DNA of 63,687 nucleotides from an uncultured Oscillospiraceae bacterium (GCA_963655595.1 CAVKGN010000001.1:1-63687); one strand, 5' to 3'. Positions 40,253-51,407 are shown, counted from the stretch's first letter. Program-made: numbers and translations. Notes: generated from the letters alone by a model not told the origin.

Positions 40253-41014
40253 ATGACGAAAGAAGAGATAATAAAGCCGGAGAACCTGGTCTATGAAAAG
40301 CCAAGGCTCTTGAACGACACCGATATGCACTACTGCCCGGGATGTTCCCACGGCGTTGTGCACAAGCTCATTGCGGAAGTGATTGCCGAAATGGGAATGG
40401 AGGAGAAAACAATCGGCATCAGTCCTGTGGGCTGCGCCGTGTTCGCCTATCGCTATGTAGACATTGACTGGCAAGAGGCAGCCCATGGTCGTGCGCCCGC
40501 ACTTGCCACTGCGTGCAAGCGCCTCTGGCCCGACCGCCTCGTGTTCACCTATCAAGGCGACGGCGACTTAGCTTGCATCGGTACGGCCGAAACAATCCAC
40601 GCCCTGAACCGTGGCGAGAACATCACGATGATATTCATCAACAACGCCATCTACGGCATGACGGGCGGGCAGATGGCTCCCACAACACTCGTGGGGATGA
40701 AGACGGTGACCTGCCCCTACGGTCGCGACCCCAAGCTCCACGGATATCCCCTCAATATTACAGACCTTGCTGCTCAGTTGGAAGGCACAGCTTACGTGAC
40801 GCGTCAGAGCGTGCACAGCGTTGCAGCCATACGCAAGGCCAAGAAAGCGATAAAGCACGCCTTTGAAAACTCTATGCAGGGCAAGGGTTCTAACCTTATC
40901 GAGTTCGTTTCCACTTGTTCTTCGGGCTGGAAGATGTCGCCCGTCAAGGCCAACGAATGGATGGAGGAACACATGTTCGACTTCTACCACGTAGGCGACT
41001 TGAAGGACAAATAA
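40253..41014 (+). CDS. 2-oxoacid:ferredoxin oxidoreductase beta (TPP-binding) subunit
   Basis: HYCPGCSHG, HGRAPA, QGDGD..INNAIYGMTGGQ. Confidence 0.92.
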   Translation: MTKEEIIKPENLVYEKPRLLNDTDMHYCPGCSHGVVHKLIAEVIAEMGMEEKTIGISPVGCAVFAYRYVDIDWQEAAHGRAPALATACKRLWPDRLVFTYQGDGDLACIGTAETIHALNRGENITMIFINNAIYGMTGGQMAPTTLVGMKTVTCPYGRDPKLHGYPLNITDLAAQLEGTAYVTRQSVHSVAAIRKAKKAIKHAFENSMQGKGSNLIEFVSTCSSGWKMSPVKANEWMEEHMFDFYHVGDLKDK

Positions 41015-41025
41015 CACCCACTCTC

Positions 41026-41571
41026 ATGAAACAGGAAATAATCATATCGGGCTTTGGCGGACAGGGCGTGCTCTCCATGGGGAAAATCCTTGCCTACGCA
41101 GCCCTGATGGAAGGAAAGGAAGTCACTTGGATGCCAGCCTATGGTCCTGAACAGCGCGGCGGAACAGCCAATGTGACGGTGATAATAAGCGACGAGGCTA
41201 TTTCTTCGCCCATTCTCAGTAGCTACGACACAGCGATACTGCTCAACCAGCCCTCGCTCGACAAGTTCCAGCCCAAGGTGAAGGCGGGCGGCACGCTTAT
41301 CTATGACAGCTTCGGTATTCTCGACAAGCCCACCCGCACGGACATCACCTCGTACCACATACCTGCGATGGAGGCTGCGGCAGAGGCAGGGCTGATGAAG
41401 TGCTTCAATATGTTCATCCTCGGCGGCTTCCTCAAAGTGCACCCCGTGGTGTCAATTGAGAGCGTGATGAAGGCTCTTCGCAAAACGCTCCCCCAACGTC
41501 ACCACGACATGCTGCCGATGAACGAAAAGGCGATACTTAAAGGCCGAGACATCATCTCGGAACAGGAATAA
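41026..41571 (+). CDS. 2-oxoacid:ferredoxin oxidoreductase gamma subunit
   Basis: SGFGGQGV, YGPEQRGG, N...LG; start at MKQEII. Confidence 0.92.
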   Translation: MKQEIIISGFGGQGVLSMGKILAYAALMEGKEVTWMPAYGPEQRGGTANVTVIISDEAISSPILSSYDTAILLNQPSLDKFQPKVKAGGTLIYDSFGILDKPTRTDITSYHIPAMEAAAEAGLMKCFNMFILGGFLKVHPVVSIESVMKALRKTLPQRHHDMLPMNEKAILKGRDIISEQE

Positions 41572-41594
41572 ACACCCCCCAAAACATTACAACC

Positions 41595-41858
41595 ATGGCA
41601 AACAGAAGAAGACTCAAGAAAAGCGTAAAAATGATTACAGGCGACCTCTTCGCCGACTGCGTGGCTCTGAGTATGTGCCAGCAGGCTGACCAGAAGGTTC
41701 TCGACGAAATCATGACCGAGGTGCTCTGCATTCACGGCGATTTCGTGGCGCGCATCAGCCACACCGAGAAAGGCTCCGAAAAGGTATTCTACAGCAAGCT
41801 GAAGAAAGAGTTTACCGAGAAGGTGAACGCCCTTAACGAACGGATTGTCAAAGCCTGA
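41595..41858 (+). CDS. Hypothetical protein (helical, Bacteroidota-type)
   Basis: MANRRRLKK..DL..DC..DFVARISHTE; host-like codon usage. Confidence 0.75.
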   Translation: MANRRRLKKSVKMITGDLFADCVALSMCQQADQKVLDEIMTEVLCIHGDFVARISHTEKGSEKVFYSKLKKEFTEKVNALNERIVKA

Positions 41859-41984
41859 CAGAAAATCACGGTCTGTACCCCCTACGGCGTGTAGACCATT
41901 ATGCCAAATTGTCCCGACATCAACAAAGTTCTCACACTGATTAGGATGATTTTGTTGAGGCCGGGACTTTCTTTGCTTTGATTT

Positions 41985-42539
41985 ATGTTGCGAAAATTTT
42001 GTAATAAACTCCTCTTCTCCTGGATGGGATGGGAGGCAAACGTCACCGAGCCAACTCCCGACAAATGCATCCTTTGCATTGCGCCGCACACAAGCAATTG
42101 GGATTTCCTCATGGGCGAACTCTACTACACGGCCATCGGGCGAAAGTCGAACTTCCTTATTAAAAAGGAATGGTTCGTCGGACCTCTGGCGCATTTGTTC
42201 CGCAAACTGGGCGGCATCCCTGTGGAAAGGAGCAAGAAAACAAGCTTGACCGACCAACTTGCGGCAAAGGCCATTGAGGCAGACCGCTTCTCGCTGGCCG
42301 TCACCCCTGAGGGCACGCGTTCAAGAGTGACGAAGTGGAAGCGTGGCTTCTATTTCATTGCCCTCAAAGCCAACCTCCCCATTCTCCTCTATGCCCTCGA
42401 CTACAAGGAAAAGCGCATCATCTGTACCCGCACGCTTGTGCCTTCGGGCAACGTCGAGGAGGACATGAAGATCATCATGGACTACTACCGCAACGTCCAG
42501 GGACGGCATCCCGAGAAGTTTGCCGTAGAGGAATTGTAA
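41985..42539 (+). CDS. Lysophospholipid acyltransferase family protein
   Basis: PHTSNWD (HxxxxD), GGIPVER, TPEGTR. Confidence 0.9.
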   Translation: MLRKFCNKLLFSWMGWEANVTEPTPDKCILCIAPHTSNWDFLMGELYYTAIGRKSNFLIKKEWFVGPLAHLFRKLGGIPVERSKKTSLTDQLAAKAIEADRFSLAVTPEGTRSRVTKWKRGFYFIALKANLPILLYALDYKEKRIICTRTLVPSGNVEEDMKIIMDYYRNVQGRHPEKFAVEEL

Positions 42540-42587
42540 GCCCGTTGAGGCTCCCAGAACGCGCGAAAGGCGTGAGACTGAATAGTT

Positions 42588-42618
42588 TTTGTTAGTTCAA
42601 AAAAATGAAGTAATTTTG
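42588..42618 (+). promoter_or_regulatory. Sigma-A promoter (TTTG-N19-TAATTTTG) for pheT
   Basis: Canonical -33/-7 spacing. Confidence 0.7.
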
Positions 42619-42656
42619 CCGTGCTTTATTTTTACACATAGCGTACAGTTTTTTCT

Positions 42657-45122
42657 ATGAATATTTCTTATAAATGGCTTAAGGAATATGTGGACTTCGA
42701 CCTTACGGCACAAGAGGTTGCCGACGCGCTTACAAGCATTGGGCTTGAGGTAGACGGCGTTGAGGAAGTCCAAGCCATTCGTGGCGGGCTCAAAGGTCTC
42801 GTCGTAGGTGAGGTTCTTACATGTGAAACACATCCCAACAGCGATCATATGCACATTTGCTCCGTCAACGTGGGCGAGGGCGAACCGCAGCAGATAGTAT
42901 GCGGCGCTCCCAACGTTGCGGCTGGGCAAAAGGTTATCGTTGCTACTCTCGGTACAAAACTTTATGATGGCGACGACTGCTTTACTATCAAGAAGTCGAA
43001 GCTTCGTGGCGTAGAGAGCTACGGTATGATATGCGCTGAGGACGAAATTGGCGTGGGCGAAAGCCACGATGGTATCATCGTTCTGCCGGCCGAAGCAAAG
43101 GTTGGTACTCCCGCAGCAGAATACTACGGACTTGAAAGCGACTATGTGATTGAGGTGGACATCACCCCCAACCGCGCCGACGCTTGTTCGCACTATGGCG
43201 TGGCGCGCGATTTGTATGCTTGGCTTGTACGCAACGACAAGCAGACCGCTCTCCACAAGATGGACGTATCGGCGTTCCAAGTAGACTCCCACAACCTTGA
43301 TATTGATATTGACGTGCAGAACACCGAAGCCTGTCCGCGTTATTGCGCCGTGACGGTGAAGGGCTGCGAGGTTAAGGAAAGCCCGAAGTGGCTCAAGGAC
43401 AAGCTCAATACAATCGGCTTGCGTCCTATCAACAATATCGTTGATATTACCAATTACGTAATGATGGCTTACGGCCAACCCCTGCACTGCTTTGATGCCG
43501 ACATGATCGAGGGCAACAAAGTTGTGGTGAAGGCTATGCCCAACGGCACGAAGTTCCAGACGCTCGACGGCGTTGAACACGAACTCACCGACCGCGACCT
43601 TGCCATCTGCAACGCCACTGAGCCCATGTGCATCGCTGGTGTGTTCGGCGGAAAGGGTTCTGGCACGTACGACACCACGAAGAACGTTCTTCTCGAAAGC
43701 GCCTACTTCAATCCCACTTGGATCCGCAAGAGCGCACGCCGCCACGGACTCAGCACCGATGCGTCGTTCCGCTTTGAGCGCGGCATTGACCCCGACGGAC
43801 AAATCTACGCCCTGAAAGTGGCCGCTTTGCTCGTGAAGGAACTCGCCGGCGGAGAGATCGCCATGGACATAAAGGATGTGGAGAAAGGCGAACTTGTAAA
43901 GAGCTTCGACGTGGAACTCGATTATAAGTACGTTCACGACCTCGTAGGAAAGGATATCCCCGTTGACACAATCAAGAGCATCGTTACGTCGCTTGAGATG
44001 GAAATCACCAGCGAGAGCGCAGAGGGCATTAAGCTCCGTGTGCCTGCCTATCGCGTTGACGTGCAGCGTCCTTGCGACGTGGTAGAGGATATTCTCCGCG
44101 TCTACGGCTACAACAACGTTGAGATACCCACATCTGTCAAGTCAAGCCTTACGATCAAGGGCGAGGCCGATCGTTCCAACAAACTTGAAAACCTCGTTTC
44201 TGAGCAGCTTGTGGGCGAAGGCTTCCGCGAAATTCTCAACAACTCCCTTACAAAGGAGGCATACTACGACAAACTCGCCACTTATGCCCCTGAAAACCTT
44301 GTGCGCGTGTTGAATCCGCTCAGCAGCGACCTCAACGTGATGCGTCAGACGCTCCTCTTCGGCGGTCTCGAAAGCATTGCGCACAACGTGAACCGCAAGA
44401 ACGCCAACTTGCGTTTCTTTGAAACTGGCAACTGTTACTACTACAACTCCGCAAAACATACGGCCGAGCACACGCTCAACGCCTATTCGCAGGCACAATT
44501 CCTCGCCCTTTGGCTCACCGGCAAGCGCGTGGAAGGTTCTTGGGCGCACCCCAACGAAAACTCCTCTGTCTACGAACTGAAAGCGTATGTTAAGAATATC
44601 CTCCTGCGCCTCGGCGTAGAGATGGGCGGCTTCAAGGTTGTGAACGGCGAGAACGACATCTTTGCCAAGAGCATCGCCGTGACCGACCGCAGTGGTAAAC
44701 TCATCCTTGAACTTGGTCTCGTGGCGAAACCCATTCTTGCTTCGTTCGACATTGAGCAGGAGGTTTACTACGCCGAAATCAACTGGACAGCCCTTATGAA
44801 GAAGTTGGGCAAAGGCACGGTTTCGTTCAAGGAAATCGCCAAGTTCCCCGCCGTAAGCCGCGACCTGGCACTCCTCGTCGACAAGAGCGTGGAATTTGCC
44901 CAGATTGAGCAGATCGCTCGTTCGTCGGAGAAGAAGCTCCTTAAGAAGGTAGAACTCTTCGACGTGTACGAAGGCAAGAACCTGCCCGAGGGCAAGAAGA
45001 GCTATGCCGTCAACTTCGTGCTTCAGGACGAGAGCAAGACGATGAACGACAAGCAGACCGACAACGTCATGAAGAAGATTGTCCAGAACCTCGAGAAGCA
45101 GCTGGGCGCAACGTTGCGTTAA
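42657..45122 (+). CDS. pheT: Phenylalanyl-tRNA synthetase beta subunit
   Basis: MNISYKWL, IVCGAPNV, ITPNRAD, DITNYVM, RFERG, FPAVSRDLA, FDVYEG. Confidence 0.98.
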   Translation: MNISYKWLKEYVDFDLTAQEVADALTSIGLEVDGVEEVQAIRGGLKGLVVGEVLTCETHPNSDHMHICSVNVGEGEPQQIVCGAPNVAAGQKVIVATLGTKLYDGDDCFTIKKSKLRGVESYGMICAEDEIGVGESHDGIIVLPAEAKVGTPAAEYYGLESDYVIEVDITPNRADACSHYGVARDLYAWLVRNDKQTALHKMDVSAFQVDSHNLDIDIDVQNTEACPRYCAVTVKGCEVKESPKWLKDKLNTIGLRPINNIVDITNYVMMAYGQPLHCFDADMIEGNKVVVKAMPNGTKFQTLDGVEHELTDRDLAICNATEPMCIAGVFGGKGSGTYDTTKNVLLESAYFNPTWIRKSARRHGLSTDASFRFERGIDPDGQIYALKVAALLVKELAGGEIAMDIKDVEKGELVKSFDVELDYKYVHDLVGKDIPVDTIKSIVTSLEMEITSESAEGIKLRVPAYRVDVQRPCDVVEDILRVYGYNNVEIPTSVKSSLTIKGEADRSNKLENLVSEQLVGEGFREILNNSLTKEAYYDKLATYAPENLVRVLNPLSSDLNVMRQTLLFGGLESIAHNVNRKNANLRFFETGNCYYYNSAKHTAEHTLNAYSQAQFLALWLTGKRVEGSWAHPNENSSVYELKAYVKNILLRLGVEMGGFKVVNGENDIFAKSIAVTDRSGKLILELGLVAKPILASFDIEQEVYYAEINWTALMKKLGKGTVSFKEIAKFPAVSRDLALLVDKSVEFAQIEQIARSSEKKLLKKVELFDVYEGKNLPEGKKSYAVNFVLQDESKTMNDKQTDNVMKKIVQNLEKQLGATLR

Positions 45123-45171
45123 TCTCACCACAAGCAATACATTAAATACAACAAAATAAAACGATACTCCC

Positions 45172-45903
45172 ATGGGAAGAGCTTTTGAATACAGAAAAGC
45201 CACAAAGATGAAGCGTTGGGGTCACATGGCCCGCACATTTACCAAACTGGGCAAGCAGATTGCCGTTGCCGTAAAGGCTGGCGGTCCGGAGCCTGAAAAC
45301 AACCCGACGCTTCGCGCCATCATAGCCACTTGTAAGCGCGAGAACATGCCGAAGGACAACATCGAGCGTGCCATCAAGAACGCTTGCGGCAAGGATCAGA
45401 GCGACTACAAGACAATGACTTACGAGGGCTATGGTCCTCACGGCGTGGCCATCTTCGTAGACACGCTCACCGACAACGCCACCCGTACCGTGGGCGACGT
45501 GCGTTCTGTGTTCAACAAGTTCAACGGCAACCTCGGCACAATGGGTTCGCTCGCTTATCTCTTCGACCACAAGTCAGTGTTCACCATCAAGAAGAAGGAT
45601 GGCGTTGACATGGACGAGCTTATCCTCGACCTCATTGACTACGGCGTAGAAGATGAGTTCGATGAAGACGATGAGGAAGGCAGTGTAACCATCTACGGCG
45701 ACCCTAAGTGCTTCGCCCAGATTCAGAAGCATCTCGAAGAGAACGGTTTTGAAGTGCTTGCCGCCGAGTTCACTTACATCCCCAACGACTTGAAGGACGT
45801 TACCCCCGAGGAGCGCGAGAGTATAGACAAGATGGTTGAACGCCTCGAAGAGTTCGACGACGTGCAGACTGTTTATACCAACATGAAGCCCGCAGAGGAG
45901 TAA
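45172..45903 (+). CDS. yebC: YebC/PmpR family protein
   Basis: MGRAFEYRK, NMPKDNIERAI, YEGYGPHG, DDVQTVYTN. Confidence 0.93.
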   Translation: MGRAFEYRKATKMKRWGHMARTFTKLGKQIAVAVKAGGPEPENNPTLRAIIATCKRENMPKDNIERAIKNACGKDQSDYKTMTYEGYGPHGVAIFVDTLTDNATRTVGDVRSVFNKFNGNLGTMGSLAYLFDHKSVFTIKKKDGVDMDELILDLIDYGVEDEFDEDDEEGSVTIYGDPKCFAQIQKHLEENGFEVLAAEFTYIPNDLKDVTPEERESIDKMVERLEEFDDVQTVYTNMKPAEE

Positions 45904-46078
45904 CAACCTACTTCTGAGTGCGTCTCCCTGCTGAGCCATAGTGTGGCAATGTGAACGGAGATGCGCGAAGACAATAAATGCACAAACAAATGAAAAAGGA
46001 ATTTCGTGTAAGCCGTTGTTTGCACGAAGTTCCTTTTTCCGTTATCTGAGAGGGCAGACCTCTCACAATCCGTCTACA

Positions 46079-46330
46079 ATGAAAACATTTGATTTCCGTC
46101 CCTCTGGTGTATGTTCGCGTTGCATCCACGTCAGCATCAGCGATGCCGATGTGGTGGAGAGCGTATCCTTTGAAGGGGGCTGCAACGGCAACCTCAAAGG
46201 TCTTGCCCGCTTGGCCGAGGGTATGCCTCGCGCAGAAGTTATCCGCAAGTTGCAGGGCATCACCTGCGGCATGAAGGGTACGTCCTGTCCCGACCAGCTC
46301 GCCGAGGCTTTGAAGAGCGTCGAGGCGTAA
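46079..46330 (+). CDS. TSCPD-domain protein (TIGR03905-like)
   Basis: GVCSR, F.GGCNGNLKG, GITCG.K.TSCPDQLA. Confidence 0.9.
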   Translation: MKTFDFRPSGVCSRCIHVSISDADVVESVSFEGGCNGNLKGLARLAEGMPRAEVIRKLQGITCGMKGTSCPDQLAEALKSVEA

Positions 46331-46360
46331 CGTCCCCGGGGCAGTCTCTCACGCCCTCAA

Positions 46361-46786
46361 TCAATCATACTCCTTTGCCTCAATGCGCGTGGTGAAGAAC
46401 GCCTGTCCTGTCGCCTTCGACCGGTATAGGTAGGCGAAAGTTACGTGGTGTTCTTTCAGCGCTTGGTAGTTCACGTTGTCCCTCAGTTGTTGCAGCAACA
46501 TCTGGTGGAGTAGGGGAATGTTGCCGTTCAGCACGTTCTCTGCATCTTTTTCCACGCTGAAATAACTGGTGTACACGTTCGCCGAGCCGTCGTAGCTGAT
46601 GCTGTCCAGGTACATGCCGTCCTCCACCTTTTCGGGGCAGTGGTTGGCAGTGTATTCCTTGGCTTCCTCAGTCAGCCGCTGCTCAAAACTGCTGCCGCAA
46701 GCGGTGACGGCGGAGAGGGTGAAAACTGAAACGGCACCAAGGAGGATACTTTTCCAAGCAGAAGAAGGGAGTCGGAGTATATACAT
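46361..46786 (-). CDS. Hypothetical lipoprotein
   Basis: Lipobox VTAC; EY T.NHCP..V..G..LDSI; start at MYILRL. Confidence 0.7.
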   Translation of the reverse strand: MYILRLPSSAWKSILLGAVSVFTLSAVTACGSSFEQRLTEEAKEYTANHCPEKVEDGMYLDSISYDGSANVYTSYFSVEKDAENVLNGNIPLLHQMLLQQLRDNVNYQALKEHHVTFAYLYRSKATGQAFFTTRIEAKEYD

Positions 46787-46896
46787 ATAATAATGTGTAG
46801 GCGGTAAAACTAAAATTGAACAGGGGCGACGCAAGTTTCTTGCGCTTCTTTCGCCCTTGTGCAAAGGTAGCGTAAAATAAGGCGTTGAGCCAAACA

Positions 46897-47412
46897 ATGA
46901 AAAACACGGAAATGATAAGCAGCAACATACAAATTACGGAGGCGGACATGAACCGCCGAGTGGATGAGGCGGTTGCACTCTTCAAGCAGGGCTACAACTG
47001 TTCTCAGAGCGTGGTGGCGGCCTTTGCCGACCTTTACGGCTTTACGGCTGAGCAAGCCTTTCGTATGGCAGCCTCGTTTGGTGGCGGCATAGGTCGTATG
47101 CGCCAGACATGTGGCGCCGCTTGCGGCCTGTTCCAGCTTGTCGGTCTGGACTGCGGTGCGGTTGATGGCGCCGACCGTGAGGGAAAGAGTCACAACTATG
47201 CCGTTGTGCAGCAACTTGCCGCTGACTTCGAGCAGATAAACGGCAGTCTCATTTGCGCCGAACTCCTTGGCTTGAAAACTAAGGAAACGTCGCCGCAGGC
47301 TGAACCCCGTACGGAAAAATACTACCAGAAACGTCCCTGCGTAGAAATGGTGCGCACTGCCGCCCAACTCTTTGCCAAATACCTGCTCAGCAACGCAAAT
47401 CCACAAGCATGA
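46897..47412 (+). CDS. C_GCAxxG_C_C family putative redox protein
   Basis: GYNCSQSV, FGGG, TCGAACG, ICAELL, PC; exact start uncertain. Confidence 0.85.
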   Translation: MKNTEMISSNIQITEADMNRRVDEAVALFKQGYNCSQSVVAAFADLYGFTAEQAFRMAASFGGGIGRMRQTCGAACGLFQLVGLDCGAVDGADREGKSHNYAVVQQLAADFEQINGSLICAELLGLKTKETSPQAEPRTEKYYQKRPCVEMVRTAAQLFAKYLLSNANPQA

Positions 47413-48542
47413 AGATACTCCTGCTCGGCGAATATAGCAACGTGCACAGCACCCTTGCCCGCGGACTGCGCCACCTTGGTCACGAGGTGGTCGTAGCGTC
47501 CGACGGTGATGGGTGGAAGGACTATCCGCGCGACGTGGACCTCCTTCGCCGCTCGTGTTCTCCGGTTGGTACGCTGAGCTATCTCCTCCGCCTCACCCGT
47601 CAGTTTCGCCAATTTCGTGGCTACGACGTGGTGCAGGTCATCAATCCAGAATTTCTCAGCCTCAAAGCCAGTCGCATTCGCTACTTTTTCGACTATCTGC
47701 GCCGCCACAACCGCCGCGTCGTGATGGGGGCTTTCGGAATGGACTATTATTACGCTACGGCTTGCCTCGACTGCCGCACGTTTCGGTATAGCGACTTCAA
47801 CATTGGCAGCGCGGAAAGGGACAACGAGGACAACCGTCAGTTTAAGCAGGAGTGGGTCAACGGCCCCAAGGGCGCACTCACTCGCTATGTGGCGCAGCGT
47901 AGCGATGCCATTGTGGCGGGACTCTACGAATACTATGCCAGCTACAAGGCTTGTTGCCAAAGTCCTGCGCGCCTTTGCTTCATCCCGTTCCCGATTGTTC
48001 CTTGTCAGGACGTCAAGACCTCTGATATCTCCGTTTCTGCTAAACTGAAAATATTCATTGGCATACAGCAGCAGCGTTCGGCCTACAAGGGTACGGACGT
48101 TATGTTGCGGGCTGCCGAACGCATAGCTGCCGACTATCCAGATGGGTGCGAACTCCTCGTGGCGCGCAATGTACCTTTTGCCCGCTACGTGGAACTCCTC
48201 AGCCAGTCCGACGTGATTCTCGACCAGCTCTATTCCTACACGCCAGCCATGAATGCCCTCGAAGCCATGGCGCACGGAATGGTGGCCGTTGGCGGTGGCG
48301 AACCTGAGAACTACGATATTCTTGGCGAGCAAGAACTCCGCCCTGTGGTCAACGTAGAACCTAACGAAGAAAGCGTGTACCGTGCCTTGCAGCGACTCGT
48401 GGTCAACCGTGCGAAACTCATCCCCGAGCTCAAACGTCAAAGCGTGGAATACATCGCTAAGCACCACGACTATATAAAAGTAGCCCGCCAGTACGAGAGG
48501 CTCTACCAGAGCCTTTTCAACTCGGACGAAACCCGCTCCTAA
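47409..48542 (+). CDS. Glycosyltransferase (GT-B, family 4-like)
   Basis: MKILLLGEYSNVH, LGHEVVV, KGTD, DQLYSYTPAMNALEAMA.G. Confidence 0.85.
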   Translation: MKILLLGEYSNVHSTLARGLRHLGHEVVVASDGDGWKDYPRDVDLLRRSCSPVGTLSYLLRLTRQFRQFRGYDVVQVINPEFLSLKASRIRYFFDYLRRHNRRVVMGAFGMDYYYATACLDCRTFRYSDFNIGSAERDNEDNRQFKQEWVNGPKGALTRYVAQRSDAIVAGLYEYYASYKACCQSPARLCFIPFPIVPCQDVKTSDISVSAKLKIFIGIQQQRSAYKGTDVMLRAAERIAADYPDGCELLVARNVPFARYVELLSQSDVILDQLYSYTPAMNALEAMAHGMVAVGGGEPENYDILGEQELRPVVNVEPNEESVYRALQRLVVNRAKLIPELKRQSVEYIAKHHDYIKVARQYERLYQSLFNSDETRS

Positions 48543-48553
48543 TCCTCTCCCCG

Positions 48554-48964
48554 ATGAAAAAGTACCTCTTTCCCCTCCTTCTTCCTCTTCTGTGCAGTTC
48601 CTGCTCCCTTTTCACTCCGAAGGAAAAGGAGTCCAAACCCGAATATAGCGAGGCGCGCACCCGTATGGAAAGCGAGGCGCAGACTCGTCTTGCCCAGGCT
48701 CGTGCAGCCCTTTCAGCCGGTGACTGCGACCGAGCTAAGGCTATTATCGAGAAGATGCGCAAGGACTGTTACCTTGCCCTCTCAGCCCGCAGCGAGGGTA
48801 TATTGCTCATGGACAGCGTCAACATTCTCCAGTCGAAAAACGAGCTGCAACAGGCCGACAGTCTGCTCCGTGCCAACGGCTCAGCCGAGGCTCGCGAACG
48901 CTTCGACGAGGCCTGCCGAAAGGTGCAGTTTCACGAGCGCAAATTGCAGTACGACCGCAAATAG
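48554..48964 (+). CDS. Hypothetical helical lipoprotein
   Basis: Signal peptide with CSSC lipobox; helical, TPR-like body. Confidence 0.7.
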   Translation: MKKYLFPLLLPLLCSSCSLFTPKEKESKPEYSEARTRMESEAQTRLAQARAALSAGDCDRAKAIIEKMRKDCYLALSARSEGILLMDSVNILQSKNELQQADSLLRANGSAEARERFDEACRKVQFHERKLQYDRK

Positions 48965-49007
48965 CTTTTGCCAGGCGGGCCGAAAGCTGCTTTTAATCGT
49001 TAAAATC

Positions 49008-49038
49008 TTTGCCTTTCAGCTCGTTTGCACTACCTTTG
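49008..49038 (+). promoter_or_regulatory. Sigma-A promoter (TTTG-N19-TACCTTTG) for pgk
   Basis: Canonical -33/-7 boxes. Confidence 0.7.
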
Positions 49039-49082
49039 CTCGCACAAAAGCAACAGAAACAACTCTTTAAAAACTCATTGTT

Positions 49083-50330
49083 ATGACTATTGAAACTTGC
49101 GATTTTAAAGGCAAGAAAGTGATTGTCCGCGTGGACTTCAACGTGCCTCTTGACGACAACGGCAATATCACCGACGACACCCGTATCCGCGGTGCCCTCC
49201 CCACTCTTAAGAAAGTGCTCGCCGATGGCGGTTCGCTCATCATCATGAGCCACATGGGCAAGCCCAAGGGTAAGGTAAACCCCAAGTTCTCTCTCGGCCA
49301 GATTGTTGACGCTGTCAGCGAGAAGCTCGGCGTAAAGGTGCAGTTCGCTCCTGACTGTGCTAAGGCTCAGGACGCTGCCGCTGCTCTCAAACCCGGCGAC
49401 GTTCTCTTGCTCGAAAACCTCCGTTTCTATCCTGAGGAGGAAGGCAAGCCCGTAGGCATTGACAAGGAAGACCCCGCATACGACGAGGCTAAGAAGGCAA
49501 TGAAGGAAAGCCAGAAGGCTTTTGCTAAGACGCTCGCCTCTTACGCTGACATCTACATCAACGACGCCTTCGGTACGGCTCACCGCAAGCACGCTTCTAC
49601 CGCTGTGATTGCTGACAGCTTCGACGCTGACCACAAGATGCTCGGCTACCTCATGGAGAAGGAAGTACAGGCTGTTGACAACGTGTTGAGCAACATCAAG
49701 CACCCCTTCACTGCTATCATGGGTGGCTCTAAGGTGTCTACTAAGATCGGCATTATCGAAAACCTCCTCAGCAAGGTGGACAACCTCATCCTCTGCGGCG
49801 GTATGACTTACACGTTTGCTAAGGCTCTCGGTGGCCATGTAGGTAAGTCTATCTGCGAGAACGACAAGCTCGACGTAGCTCTCGACGTGATCAAGAAGGC
49901 TAAAGAGAACGGCGTGAACCTCGTTCTCGGCACTGACTGCATCGCTGGTGACGACTTCAGCAACGACTGCAACACGCAGGTTTGCCCTGCCAACGCCATC
50001 CCCGAAGATTGGGAAGGTCTCGACGCAGGTCCCGAAACTCGCAAGGCTTTCGCCGCTGTCATTGAGAACGCTAAGACGATCCTCTGGAACGGTCCTGCCG
50101 GCGTATTCGAGATGGACAACTTCGCAGGCGGTTCTAAGGCTATTGCCGAGGCTATTGCAAAGGCTACTGCCAACGGCGCATTCTCGCTCATCGGTGGTGG
50201 TGACTCTGTGGCTTGCATCAACAAGTTTGGCATGGCCGACAAGGTGTCTTACATCTCTACCGGTGGTGGTGCCCTCCTCGAAGCAATCGAGGGCAAGGTG
50301 CTTCCCGGCATTGCAGCCATCAAGGGCTAA
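49083..50330 (+). CDS. pgk: Phosphoglycerate kinase
   Basis: [48 protein letters not shown]. Confidence 0.99.
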   Translation: MTIETCDFKGKKVIVRVDFNVPLDDNGNITDDTRIRGALPTLKKVLADGGSLIIMSHMGKPKGKVNPKFSLGQIVDAVSEKLGVKVQFAPDCAKAQDAAAALKPGDVLLLENLRFYPEEEGKPVGIDKEDPAYDEAKKAMKESQKAFAKTLASYADIYINDAFGTAHRKHASTAVIADSFDADHKMLGYLMEKEVQAVDNVLSNIKHPFTAIMGGSKVSTKIGIIENLLSKVDNLILCGGMTYTFAKALGGHVGKSICENDKLDVALDVIKKAKENGVNLVLGTDCIAGDDFSNDCNTQVCPANAIPEDWEGLDAGPETRKAFAAVIENAKTILWNGPAGVFEMDNFAGGSKAIAEAIAKATANGAFSLIGGGDSVACINKFGMADKVSYISTGGGALLEAIEGKVLPGIAAIKG

Positions 50331-50423
50331 AATCTCATACGCCGCCGCCTCTGCACACTGCTCTGTGAACGGTTAGCAACGCTCCGTTCGCCGTGCCAAA
50401 CCGCAGGGGTGACAGGCACAAGC

Positions 50424-50483
50424 AAAGTTTAGAAGTTTGGGACGTGCGCCGTGCGCTCAGCGTCCCGACTTCTAAACTTTTTT
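50424..50483 (+). terminator. Long hairpin with T-tail after pgk
   Basis: AAAGTTTAGAAGT..GGGACG .. CGTCCC..ACTTCTAAACTTTTTT. Confidence 0.65.
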
Positions 50484-50500
50484 CTTTCCCTCCGATGTAC

Positions 50501-51340
50501 ATGAAACACACTTTTCCTCTCCTTCTCCTCTCGTTCGCCCTTTTCTGCACCGTTGTTTCCTGCAAGAAAGAGCAGTCCGCTCCTGCGTTCAATTTTGGTA
50601 CGGAACGTTATGACTCCGCTGCGCTCCACCTGGCCCTTGTGCCCAACCGCGACTGCCTGCCTGTTTACTATGCAGAGCGTGCTGGCATCTACGATTCCCT
50701 CGGCCTTCACCTGCAAATAGCCTCCTATGCCTCGCAGATGGACTGCGACACCGCACTCATGGGACGATTTGCCGACGGAGGCTGGGCCGACCTCGTTCGC
50801 CGCGAACACTACGGCAAGCGCATGGCGGGCCTTGAAGTGATGTGGACGGGTACGCAACGTTGGGAGCTATTCACCAGCGGCCCTCTCCGTCTCAACACGC
50901 TCAAGTCGCTCTCTGGCCACACTGTGGCCACGGCCCGCGTGAGTGCGGAGGACAAGTACCTCTCTGCGGTTGTCAAGGAAAGCAAAGTAAGTGCCGACAA
51001 CGTCTACCGTCCGCTCATCAACGACCTTCGCACCCGCGCCCTCATGCTCAACGGTAGCCAGGTCGACGCCGCCGTCCTCACTTGGCCTTATACGTCGCTG
51101 GCCCTGTCCGCCGGAAATCGCTGCCTCCATGCACAACGTTTCGCCGATGCCAACGAGTGTTTCGTGATGAAGAGTCGCTCCCTGAGCAACCCCGCGCGCA
51201 AGCGCCAGTGGCAACTGCTTGAACAGGGACGCAAGATGGCACTCGACTCCATCCGCCTCAAAGGTCTGCGCGTGTGCGCCGAAGTACTCCGCCACGACTA
51301 CGGACTCCCCAAGGCAGTGACCGATACCCTGAAATATTAA
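50501..51340 (+). CDS. ABC-type substrate-binding lipoprotein (SsuA/NMT1-like)
   Basis: Lipobox VVSC; DCLPVYYA..G, AQMDCDTAL-like motif, QVDAAVL..P. Confidence 0.7.
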   Translation: MKHTFPLLLLSFALFCTVVSCKKEQSAPAFNFGTERYDSAALHLALVPNRDCLPVYYAERAGIYDSLGLHLQIASYASQMDCDTALMGRFADGGWADLVRREHYGKRMAGLEVMWTGTQRWELFTSGPLRLNTLKSLSGHTVATARVSAEDKYLSAVVKESKVSADNVYRPLINDLRTRALMLNGSQVDAAVLTWPYTSLALSAGNRCLHAQRFADANECFVMKSRSLSNPARKRQWQLLEQGRKMALDSIRLKGLRVCAEVLRHDYGLPKAVTDTLKY

Positions 51341-51407
51341 CGGCCGAAAGCCTTGACTGAAAACCGACGAGGCATTCTCTCGCCCCCGAACGACAAGGAA
51401 CACACCT